The notes under the pieces were generated by a model. That model searched no databases. It saw only the letters and a list, made by a program, of their open reading frames with translations, and was not told where the DNA came from. A stretch of DNA of 64,000 bases from assembly GCA_035221665.1 (NCBI GenBank), contig CM069141.1, forward strand, positions 16,120,001 to 16,184,000, in the 5' to 3' direction. How positions within the stretch are numbered: the stretch's first letter is position 1; every line of letters starts with the position of its first letter. This DNA comes from Okamejei kenojei (lineage: Eukaryota). Shown piece by piece: positions 35,466-46,815 of the stretch. The position numbers and the translations under genes are program-made.

Positions 35466-35939
35466 AGTGCATCTCATCCACAGCATCCCGTATTTATTCT
35501 TCAGCACACGTTAACCCTTTGTACCTCTAACATTTCATTGCTTTCCATTATAAATAGGCTCCTCAAGATTATTTTATGCATTTAGTATTCTTTGCTTTCT
35601 CCTTTTTCAAATTATTTGCAACTACCTCCCTTCCTTGTGCTTTGCTTACAATATTGGAAGAAAGCTTATCGGTAGGGCTGCGTGTTGTAGACATAACTAG
35701 TCGCACGCCTGATGACGTCACTCACAACAATCGGTGCAGAAACGGCAGGCAGCAAGCAGCAGGCAGCAGGTAGGTCCGTTAATCCCCCGTTTTTTCCCTT
35801 TTTTTCACGGAGCTGGCTGGCGTTGTCCTCTAGCCCTCCATAGCGCCACCGGAAAGCAAAACGACATAAAGTAGTGGATAATAATGATCTGTAGTCTTGT
35901 GTGCATAAAGATCATTTTCCCCTATGTTATCTCTTCAAG

Positions 35940-36470
35940 GTGGATTGGTAGACAAGCTCAGTCCGCCTGTACCTACCTGATCTCCCGGTTGCCAAACACT
36001 CTAATTCCCCTTCCCATTCCCACACTGACCGTTCTGTCCTAGGCCTCCTCCATTGTCAGAGTGAGGCCAAACGCAAATTGGAGGAACAGCATCTCACATT
36101 TCGCTGGAGCAGCCCAGTGGTATGAATATTGGTTTCTCTAACTTCATATAACCCCGCAATTCCTCTCTCTCCATCCCTTCCCCATCCAAGTCATACCAGC
36201 TTCAAAGTCGTCTTGTTGAGTCTCTGTCTAAACTCGTTCTCAGCTAACAAACAGCTAACAAATGGCCTGTTTCCTTTATCATGGTTACTTTTTTGCATAT
36301 CTTACATACATTTGTTACATATCCCTCTACATCACTGTCTTACATCTCTCATTTCCCTTTCCCCTGACTCTCAGTCTCATGAAAGGTTTCAACCCAAAAC
36401 ATCACCTATTCCTTTTCTCCAGGGATGTTGTCCGACCCGCAGAGTTACCTCGGCTTTTTGTGTCTATCTT
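35940..36470 (+). mobile_element. Old Penelope-like 3' fragment (GIY-YIG end, UTR, decayed hammerhead)
   Basis: CGCAAATTGGAGGAACAGCATCTC (RKLEEQHL). Confidence 0.85.
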
Positions 36471-37127
36471 AAGTGAAACTGTAACCCGTATCCAAAGTTG
36501 TTCAACACTGTTTTTCATTCTACCAAGTTAATTGAATTAAACATATTGTCCCCATCAATCCCCAAAACAGTGCTCTCTATAAATTAATCTCCTGTTGGAA
36601 GCACTAGCCTTCTTGTCTACTAGCAGCAAGCAACCGGCTTTGAAAGTAATGGAATTACATTTAAGAAACACAGTAGTGCAGACAACTGCAACATAACAGC
36701 CGATTCAGCACCGTTGACTGGGGATGGATTTCTTGCCATGCACCTGAGGGTACAAGACCAATTCTATTTTTTCAATAACTATACCTCATAGAGTGTAAAT
36801 CTGTTAAGGGAACATAAATACTTTTAACTGTTTTATTCATGAACACAATATTTTACATTTGCCTGTAATTCCCACTGTGGCAGATTACCAAATAAAGATC
36901 TTTGTGCTGTCTGAAATAGTCTCAGCTATTGGCATTGCTCCACTATTATCCAACAAACTGTGCACATCTCACAGAGTTATACTTATATAGCATAAATGTC
37001 ACCTATTCATGTTCTCCAGAGATGCTGCCTGACCTGCTGAGTTGCTCCTGCACTTTGTTTGTAAACCAGCATCTACAGTTCCTTGTTTCTACGTTTGGAC
37101 ATTTACCCTTTGTTACTTGGCAGAATT

Positions 37128-37255
37128 ATAAGGTCATAAGTGATAGGAGCAGAATTAGGCCATTCGGCCCATCAAGTCCATTCCACACATCAATCATGAC
37201 TGATCTTTCTCTCTTAACCCCATTCTCCTGCCTTCTCCCCATAAAGCCTTGACAC
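37128..37255 (-). mobile_element. CR1 3' UTR fragment
   Basis: Reverse complement of the 10349-10461 type. Confidence 0.8.
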
Positions 37256-37364
37256 CAAAATACACCAAAGTATCACCTATCTCTCGATATTTGTTGACTT
37301 TAAGAGGATGTAAATAGAACATAGTACAAATGTGTAGGATGTAACCACAGATGCAGGTTTAAAC

Positions 37365-37975
37365 ACAGTACAACACAGTGCTTCAGCCATTAATGTCTGC
37401 CAAACATGATGCCAAGTTAAACTAATCACCACTGCCTACACATGATCTGTATCATTCCTTTTCCTGCATTTCCATGTACCTATCTAAAGACCTCAAATGC
37501 CACTATCGTACCTGCCTCCACTCTCCCCTAGCAGCATGTTTCAGGCACCTACCACCTTCTGCGTTTAAAAAATAGTGCCCTGTGCATCTCCTCTGAACTT
37601 TCGTTCTCTCTAATACCCTCTAATATCCAGAAGATTAAGATGATGTCTTGGTTGTTTACATGCACACGCACACGCACCCCTATCACAAACAGAAGTGTGT
37701 AAAAAACTATGAGTAAGCCAATTCTTAAACTGAACAACCAAGTCACCATCTTAATCTTATGGGTCACCTTACCAGGAGATAACTTATCAAAATCCAAGTA
37801 GACAACGTCCACTGCCCTACCCTCATCAATCATCTTCATCACTTCCTCAAAAAGGTTAATCAAGTTCAAAGGTCATAACCTGACATGGACTAAGATATGC
37901 TCACTGCCCACAATTAGTCTTTTATCTTCCAAATGTGAGTAAATCCCATCCAAAGAATCCTCTCAAATACCTTCC
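37365..37975 (-). mobile_element. Old CR1 fragments
   Basis: NLINLFEEVMKMIDEGRAVDVVYLDF plus a 3' tail fragment. Confidence 0.75.
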
Positions 37976-39068
37976 CAGGCAAGGGCGCAGCAGGAGCAGA
38001 GTTGACTCTGCCTCCCAACTCCATCCCTCCCCTTCCCTTCCCTTACCTGGCTCCATATTTCCATCAGCCTTCACCCCTCCTCTGCCCCCCAGCCACCTCT
38101 TGCTTCTGCTCTCTGTGGATCCCTCTGCAATTGGATCCTTGACTTCCTCATCCACAAACCACAGTCTGTTCGAATTGGCAGAAATACTTAATCCTCATTA
38201 ACAATCAGTGTGGGAGCACCTCAAGGCTGCGTGCTCAGCCCCCTGCTCTACTCACTCTATACTCATGACTGTGTAGCCGGACTATGTGCAAACTCCTTCG
38301 TCAAGTTCGCCAACGACACCACCGTTGCGGGACAAATTACAGATGGTGATGAGTCAGAGTATAGAAGTGAGATCGACCGATTGACCAAATGGTGCCAGCG
38401 CAACAACCTGGCTCGCAATACCAGTAAGACCAAGGAACTGATTGGACTTTGGAAGAGGAATGATGAGGACACACAACCATGTTTATATCAATGGGACGAT
38501 GGTGGCGAGGGTCAAAAACTTTTAATTCCTAGGCGTGCATATTTCCGAAGATCTTTCCTGGACCCAGCACACTGATTCAATTATAAGGAAAGCACATGGG
38601 CGCCTCTACTTCCTGAGAAGATTACGGACATTTGGTATGTCAAAGAGGATTCTCTTGAACTTCTACAGGTGCACAGTAGAGAGCATGCTGACTGGTTGCA
38701 TCATTGTCTGGTTCGGCAACTTGAACGACCGGGAGCAGAAAATACTGCAAAAATGGTGTGAAAACTGCCCAGTCCATCACCGGCTCTGACCTCCCCACCA
38801 TCGAATGGATTTATTGGAGTCGCCGTCTCAAAAAGGCAGCCAGCATCATCAAAGACCCACACCACCCTGGCCTCATACTCATTTCACCACTGCCATCGGG
38901 AAGAAGGTACAGGAGTCTGCAACCTGTAATGTCCAGGTTCAGGAACAGCTTCTTCCCTACAACCATCAGGCTATTAAACACTATAAATATCGGCTCTGAA
39001 CTACAATAACTTTTATTATTATTGTTGCACTGTGTTTGTTTTTTGAGTATGTGTGTATGTGTATATAT

Positions 39069-40607
39069 CAGGCACGTGCCGTGAATATACACTCAAGGTA
39101 GGCAGTCAGTCGGCTTTTAAAAAAAATCTTAAACCGCGCATGCGCAGATTGTTCTCTCCCTAAAAATAAAAAATAAAAATAAGTAACAATTCCACATGCC
39201 CAAGGCTTCCAAATCTCCTTCATTTTTTTAATTACTGAATAGGTGGGGGATGGAGGATGAAGGCAGATGGAGAGATGGTGGGAATGACGGGATGACGGGA
39301 GTTCCTTTCACAGCGTGTGGAGAGGTTGTGCCAGGGGTAAAGTTGCGGGGAGGGCAGGTGTGGGGTCGGGGATTATATCAGTAACTCACTCACTCACCGC
39401 TGCCGCAGTGCTCTGGACACGGACAGCGGAACTGGCCACCACTTCCGGGGAGGGAAGCAGCTCGGGTGACTGTGGTGGGGGGGGGGGGGGGGTAGCTTCT
39501 TTTACAGCGTTTGGGGAGTCTGGCCCGGGGTAAAGTTGTGGGGAGGACAGGAGCGTTGTGAAGGAGGGGATCGGGGATCAGGCCAGTAACCCATTTGCGA
39601 CGATCCGGGCATGGAGCCACCGCATTGTGGCCAGGGGAGTGAATTAGCTCGGGTGGATGCAAATGGCTGCCGGGTCCCGACAGCTGAACCGGCCGCCACT
39701 TCAGCGCCTTCTGCCGGCCCGCTCATCTCTGGCAATGCTCTCCGACTGAACATCTCTCACCTGCCCCTCGCCGGCTTCGCTCATGTCAGCCGCTTCCTGC
39801 AAATCCTTAAATTCCCACAGCTGAGTAACCTCAATTGGTCCCTTGATCGTGCTGTCGGAGTTTAAAGATTTGCGTGAAGCGGCTGACATGAGCGAGGCCG
39901 GCGAGCGGCAGGAGAGGTTTTCAGACTGAGAGCACTGCCAGAGGTGAGCGGGGCCCGGCAGAAGACACTGTCCGGTCCTGGCGGCCACTCACAGCCACCC
40001 GAGCTAAGTCACTCCCCAGCCACAATGCGGTGGCTCCGTGCCCGGAGCGTCGCAAGTTGGTTACTGGCCTAATCCCCGATCCTCTCCTTCACAACGCTCC
40101 TGCCCGCCCTCCAACTTTACCCCGGCCAGACTCCCCAAACGCTGTGAAAGGAGCTCTTCCCACCCCCCCGCCCCCCATATATAGCACCAAGAAATGTACT
40201 TACCACACCATTGGTACACAAACTCCATTCTTCTCTCTTTGTTTCCTAAGATACTCTTAAAATAATGACAATCCATATTTGAAAAACCCGCCAAGGAGCT
40301 TGTGATGCGTATGCGCAGTAGGCTGCTGCACATGCGCAGTATTGCAAAGGCAGAATTTCAGCTGCCTTCAGCCCCGCTTGTCATTGATGGTTGAAGCAGC
40401 GCCGATGGCACGTGGCCTGCACAGACCTTCGCGTGTTGCAAGCGCTGCGGTTGAAAGGCGCGGAGAATTATGCCTACCTAAGAGATCGATCTCTTAGAGA
40501 GGCATAATTCTCCCATGCCTTTACTATTTATATTTAACAATTACCATTTCATAATTTTAGTCAGGGCAGGCAGTGCCTACCTTGCCTACCCTGACGGCAC
40601 GTGCCTG
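39069..40607. mobile_element. Non-autonomous hAT-like DNA transposon, copy 2, inverted relative to copy 1
   Basis: Perfect 14-bp TIR CAGGCACGTGCCGT; homologous to 8945-10340; no matching TSD. Confidence 0.9.
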
Positions 40608-40623
40608 CCCCATATCCCGGGTA

Positions 40624-40624
<1 letters not shown>

Positions 40625-40675
<51 letters not shown>
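40625..40675. repeat. (AT)n microsatellite
   Basis: Direct read. Confidence 0.95.
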
Positions 40676-40677
<2 letters not shown>

Positions 40678-41746
40678 GTATGTTGTGAGTATGTGTGTAT
40701 ATATATATATGCACTGAGCTTATCTTTTCTCTCTCATTTGTCATATCGTACTATGTTTATGTATTCTGTTGTGCTGCAGCAAGTAAGAATTTCATTGTTC
40801 TACATGGGACATATGAGAATAAAACACTCTTGACTCTCTAGACTCTCGCTTCACCATACTCTCCTCTGTACACTTGCTATCTTCCCTCTCTACTCCTGGT
40901 CCTGATGCAGGGCTTTGACACAAAACGCCAACCATTCCTTTCCACCCACTGAGTCCCTCCAACAGATTGTTTGTTGCTTTTAAACCAACATTAGTTGTAA
41001 AAAAATCATGTACTGATACCTTTGATTTCAACCAAAAAGTTAGCATTTTATACATGATTTTAAAAAATACAGAAATTAAGATGGTATGACTGAATCATTT
41101 GTGATGTGTGATTATCATGCAAATAACTTTTAGTGTAGTTATTTTCTGTAAATCTATATCATGATTGAATAAGATGATTTCTATGAAGAGCTTCACACTG
41201 GACACATTGGCAAACGCAATAGCAGTGCTTTTTTTTGTGACAGTATGAGCCAGTACGTCTGCAGAATAAAACACACAATAGTATAATAGTTTATTGCAAT
41301 CTGAGCAACATGTTAACCAAACAGGATTGTATCTTTCGTGTAGCAAAATGTTCACCAGGAATTTGTTGCAACTAATTCCTAATCAACTCAACAAAGGAAT
41401 AACTTCACAGGAAGTGCATCTTTACATTGTACTTCCAATGACACTATTTCAGTCGAGTGTGAAAAACAAATTCCTGAATGCAGCTTCTCGAGAAAGCGAG
41501 AGAGGCTGTTAAATCTAACAGCATTATTCTTTGTGAATTGTCCACCTACATTGTTATTATGGCTCTTCAGTGCAATTTCCAGAAATGTTTCAACAGTCAA
41601 TTATTTTTGGGCCCATTTATTGTGTTCAGTTCAATGGCCAAGCCTTTCACTACATTTCTAAGCATGAATCTTCACTTCCAGACATATCTATACATCCACT
41701 GAATCATTCAGGAGGATTTGTTATGTATTATATTAACAATGATTGC

Positions 41747-42028
41747 TTAGTTATACAGCATGGAAACAGGCCCTTCGGCCCTCTGAGTCCAATGCCGATC
41801 AACGATCACATTGTACACTAGTTCTATCGTACACACGAGGGACAATGTACAGAAACCAATTAAACTGCACATCTTTGCAATGTGGGAGGAAATCAGAGCA
41901 CCTGGGGAAGGCCCACACGGTCACAGGGAGAATGTTCAGACTCTGCTCAGCCAGCACCTGTAGTCAGGATCGAACCTGGGCCTCTGGTGCTGTAAGGCAT
42001 CAACTTTACCGTTGTGCCACTGTTCCGT
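41747..42028 (-). mobile_element. HE1-like V-SINE (older)
   Basis: B box GGTTCGATCC on the minus strand; tail. Confidence 0.85.
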
Positions 42029-42112
42029 GCTTTATAGGTCAGTATCATCACAAACATGAACAACGAATTATAATACAATGTCAATTCATATTTCCCCATG
42101 AACAAAGAATGA

Positions 42113-43418
42113 ATAATGAATTAATTAATTAATACGTTTATTGGCCAAGTATTCACATACAAGGAATTTGCCTTGGTGCTCCACCCGCAAGTGACAACAT
42201 GACATACAGGGACAGTTAAGTATGATACATAAAACATTAAACATTAATAATAAAACATTATTGACTAAACATATGAATTAAATAAAATACCAGAGCAAAA
42301 GTAGGTTACGGATTTTTGGTTATTGAGTAGAGCTACAACTCGTGGGAAAAAAGCAGTTTTTATGTTTGGCTGTGGCAGCTTTGACAGTGTGGAGTCGACT
42401 TCCCGAGGGAAGTGATTCAAAGAGTTTTGTGGCCTGGGTGAGAGGGGCCACTTGCTTCCTGGCCCTTACAGTGTACAGTTCGTCAATGGAGGGAAGGTTG
42501 CAGCCAATAACCTTCTTAGCTGATCGGACGATTCGCTGCAGCCTCCGGATGTCGTGCTTGGTGGCTGAGCCAAACCAGACCATGATGGAGAAGGTGAGGC
42601 AGACTCTACGAAAGCTGTATAGAATTGGGCCATCATTGCCTGTGGCAGATTGTGCTTCCTCAGCTGCCGCAGGAAGTACATCCTCTGTTGTGCCTTTTTG
42701 ACTGTGGAGTCAATGGTAGCCCCCCACTTAAGGTCCTTGGAGATGATGGTTCCACAGATGTGACTGTGGTGTTGTTGATGGTGAGTGGGGTGAGGGGAGG
42801 GGGAGCTCTCCTAAAGTCTACAATCAGTTCCACTGTCTTAAGAGCATTGAGCTCTAGGTTGTTGCGATGGCACCAGGATGCCCCAGCTGTGTCACTTCCT
42901 GTCTGTAAGCAGATTCCCCCCCATCCTGGATCAGTCCAATCAGGGTTGTGCCATTCACAAACTTGAGAAGCTTGACAGAGGTGTCTGTGGAGGTGCAGTC
43001 ATTGGTGTAGAGGAGAGGAGAGAGTACGCAGCCCTGCGGTGCTCCTATGCTGAGGGTGTGCGGGTCCAAGATATGCTTCCCCAGCTCACATGCTGCTTCC
43101 TGTCTATCAGGAAGCTGGTGATTCACCGACAGAAGGGTTCAGGCACAGTCAACTCGGAAAGTTTGGAGTGTAGTAGCTCTGGCACAATGGTGTTGAATGC
43201 AGAGCTAAAATCAACAAACAGGATCCTCGCATAGGTCCCCTGACGGTCTAGGTGCTGGAGGATGAAGTGCAGGCCCACGTTCATTGCGTCATCCACAGAT
43301 CTACTGGCCTGATATGCAAACTGCAGAGGGTCCAGCAGGGGGTTTGTGATATTTTTCAGCTTGGCCAGCACAAGCCTTTCAAGGGTCTTCATGACTACAG
43401 AGGTCAGTGCAACAGGCC
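42113..43418 (-). mobile_element. 5'-truncated Rex1/Babar-like LINE (family A)
   Basis: MKTLERLVL..LDPLQFAY..ILFVDFSSAFNTIVP; GAPQGCVLSPLL; homologous to 34186-35279. Confidence 0.9.
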
Positions 43419-43765
43419 ATGCTGACTATCCCTAATCCCTCCTTGCCTTGCCAAATGCATGTAAATCCTATCTTTCAGATTACCCTCCTATAACTTGCCC
43501 ACCACCCTGGCTTTCTCTGGTTTTTCCTTATCCTTGCAGTGTTTCATAGATGGAGACCTTACATTAGCGACTATTAACCTCGGCTATCGATGATACAAAC
43601 ATTCCTGCCAGTGACCATGCACTTTCTTCCCTGGTTTCCCACAATGTTCTAAAAACATTTGGATTCAGGCCCCAGGGATTTGTCTGCCTTGATGCATTTT
43701 AAGACCTCCAGCACCTCCTCTTCAATGATGTGGACACTCTGCACGATATCATTGTTACCTTCATT
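43419..43765 (-). mobile_element. Old CR1 fragment
   Basis: Minus strand encodes ..KADKSLGPE.. (cf. KSPGPD). Confidence 0.65.
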
Positions 43766-44042
43766 CATTCTTCAAGGCATACTTGCAGTATTCAGAAATC
43801 GTATAACTTCTAGGTGCAGCAGTATTCCAGTTCAGAAGTGAGGTGCAGTCTGTAAGTTTATGTTAAGCATTTATTTAAATCATGTAAGAGGTCAATGTTA
43901 CAGTTGTCAAAGTTGAAGTGGAGTGGAGAATGATATTAATGGGCATCAACCAGTGAATTGTTTGAGAAGCTTTGAACACATATTACATTCAGCATAAATC
44001 AAGTATCAGTGACTTTATAAAGAAGCTGTACTACACCCAGGA

Positions 44043-44600
44043 TCAATTTTACTTCGGAGTCACGTGAGTGACTTCGTGAAGACCCCGCGAGCACGTATGC
44101 GCGACCTTGGAATTGGCAAAATTGGCTGGCTCAGTCACCAAGCTCCTATTTCAAAAATCGGGGTTTATTATCCATCCAGACAAATCCAAGTTAAATGCCT
44201 TCCGGTGACTATGGATTTGGGATTCACGATTGACTCTGTTCATATGTCTGTCACCTTGCCAAAAAACAAAGCAACAGACTTGATAGAGGCATATAACAGC
44301 CTTGTTTGCGTCAGTAAACCATCTATTCGGCAAATAGCCAGGGTAATTGGGAAGCTCGTGGCTGCCTTTTTCCCAGCCACAATTTGGACCCTTACATTAC
44401 TAAAATCTACAAAGGGCCAAAACTACAGTACTCAAAACACCATGCTGGCCATTTTGACAGACCAGCCAAAGCAAATTGGAAATTACGATGGTGGATTAGC
44501 AATGTTCGACATTGCTCTAAATCCCATCACAGTCACAAACCCTTCGGTTGTGTTACAAACCAATACCACCTCCAGTTGTGGTGGTAGATGGAATACACAC
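44043..44600 (+). mobile_element. DIRS-like tyrosine-recombinase retrotransposon remnant (RT 3' part and RNase H start)
   Basis: GFIIHPDKS; LGFTIDSVHMSVTLPKNK..RQIARVIGKLVAAF; FGPLHY; LRWWISN; VVLQTN. Confidence 0.75.
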
Positions 44601-44605
44601 GACCT

Positions 44606-44915
44606 TACTTCAGGGTATCAATCATCAAAAGATGTTGGGAGCATCCACGGACTTGTGAGTTGGGTGAGAATGAGACTCAACAAGACAAATTTGAAGCTGA
44701 TATGACTTGGGTGGGGGAGGAATGGAGAGAGGGGGAATGCAGGGGTTACTTGAAGTTAGAGGAATCAATATTAATACCACTGGGTTGCAAGCTGCCCAAG
44801 CGAAATATGAGATGTTGTTCCTCCAATTTGCGTTTGACTTTCCTCTGACAATAGAGGAGGCCTCGGACAGAAAGGTCAACGTTGGAACGGGAATTAAAGT
44901 GTTTGGAAACCGGGA
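44606..44915 (-). mobile_element. Old Penelope-like GIY-YIG end fragment
   Basis: Reverse-complement homologue of 35990-36240. Confidence 0.8.
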
Positions 44916-45102
44916 GCTTGTTCCTTTGACCACAATAACGTTTAATAACTTTTTATTATGTATTTTTTTAAGTACTTCAAAAAGGACATTTATATCTCAG
45001 TATAAGCTGGAAAGATTCTGTGTATTTTTTTAAGTAATTAACATTTAATATCAGATTACGTGCAGATTAACCCTGGTTAAAAATACTTTCAGTTGTTGAG
45101 TG

Positions 45103-45317
45103 TAGACAAAAATGCTGGAGAAACTCAGCGGGTGAGGCAGTATCTATGGAGCGAAGGAATGGGTGACGTTTCGGGTGGAAACCCCTGTCCGAAGAAGGGT
45201 CTTGACCCGAAACATTACCTATTCCTTCGCTCCAAAGATACTGCCTCACCCGCTGAGTTTCTCCAGCATTTTAGTCCATCTTCGATTTTTCAAACATCGG
45301 CAGTTCTTTCTTAAACA
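45103..45317. mobile_element. 215-bp palindromic Penelope-derived mini-element with two inverted hammerhead remnants
   Basis: Perfect 15-bp TSD TTCAGTTGTTGAGTG at 45088-45102 and 45318-45332. Confidence 0.92.
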
Positions 45318-45424
45318 TTCAGTTGTTGAGTGCTATTTTTGTACTCATCAATAATTATTCTCAAAGTACTACTCTATTGCACAGATTCAGTTCAAATGTT
45401 ATGTATAGTGATGTGCAAATAAGA

Positions 45425-45672
45425 CTTAGTTTAACTTAGTTTATTGTCACGTGTACCGAGGTACAGTGAAAAGCTTTTGTTGCGTGCTAACCAGTCAGTG
45501 GAAAGACAATACATGATAACAATTGAGTCATTCACAGTGTATAGCTACACGATAAAAGGAATAACATGAGGATAAAGTCCAGTATTGTCCGATCAAAGAT
45601 AGTCCGAGGATCACAATGAGGTTCAACGTTGCTCTCTAGTTGTGGTAGGATGGTTCAGTTGCCTGATAACAC
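45425..45672 (-). mobile_element. Rex1-like LINE 3' tail fragment
   Basis: Homologous to 28783-29000 and 52241-52460. Confidence 0.7.
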
Positions 45673-46815
45673 CATTAATATGAATTGATCTCATCTATAT
45701 CAAAAATAAAAACAGAAAATCCTGGAAGAACTCGGCCAGTCGAGCAGTATCTGTGGAAAGCGAAACTTAAGCTTAGGGAAAGAGACAAGCTGGTATCAGA
45801 AACATTTGGCAATAATTTTAATGCCAATGTATAACAAAACTATTATATCACTTGCAGCAAACAATAAGATATGATCCAGCTCTCAATGCGGGAATTGTGT
45901 TACATCTTTTATGTTTTTACCACGTAAAATCAGAAAGTAGGAGGATTTCAAGACACTTGCTTGGAGGTTTGCAAAGACAAAATAATGAGTTACTGGAATA
46001 ATTAACAAGCTTCTTTCAGGATGGTCATTCCACAAACTTTAGTCCTTCCTGGGAATATTTTGTTTTAGCCTTATTATCAAATCTGTATGTTAATAAATCT
46101 GTTTTTTTCTGGCATGATGCATTCTACAGACTTGCATATTTTGATCAGCCTATTAGATATGTGGGCCAATTTGGTGCTAATGTTTTCAGTGGAGGATTTT
46201 AAATAACTTACTCAAACATTTAGCCAAATGCTTTGCATATGATTAAGCTGATTTTAGTTAATTGGAAATCGGCGACCATGTATTAAAGATGAGGCCACTT
46301 TTACGATTAACTCTAATTTTTGGTCAACTCATTTACAGAATACGGAGTTCGTTAGTGATTAGTGTTACAGTAACTAATTTATTCAGCGCATCGCCATCCA
46401 TGCAGAAGATTTGTCAAAGGCAGATCTGAAGTTCAGCAAATATTTAACTTGGCGGTTTTGTGTCCTCATTAATTCAGGTACTGAAGTATGAATAAAGAGC
46501 ATGCTTTTAGCAGCTTTTGGGCAGTTAATCTAACAAGTTTACTTCACAGTGTAATAATCAGATTCAAGGTACTATGAATTTAATTTGAGTGGTTGGGTCA
46601 TTACTTCTGGAGAATTCGAATAAATTGTCGCTTTCCAGATATAGTTTCTGCGAATTCCAAATGTCTCGAACATTTAAGCCAATTGCTTGGCATGTGATTA
46701 AGCTGATTTTACTTAATTGGAAATCAGCGACCGTGCATTAATGTTGAGGCCACTTTTACTATTAACTCTCAATTCTGGTGAATTTATTTATGGAATACGA
46801 AGTCACGGTTAATTC

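Larger units (their letters stand above)
38108..40840 (+). mobile_element. Rex1/Babar-like LINE (family B); 3' UTR split by hAT-like copy 2
   Basis: GAPQGCVLSPLLYSLYTHDC, KFANDTTV, RLYFLRRLR; UTR resumes at ~40676 and ends AATAAAACACTCTTGACTCT. Confidence 0.88.

Noticed and set aside
35710-35748. CTGATGA...GAAAC hammerhead-like spacing
   Set aside because: No proper stem II and no NUH cleavage triplet
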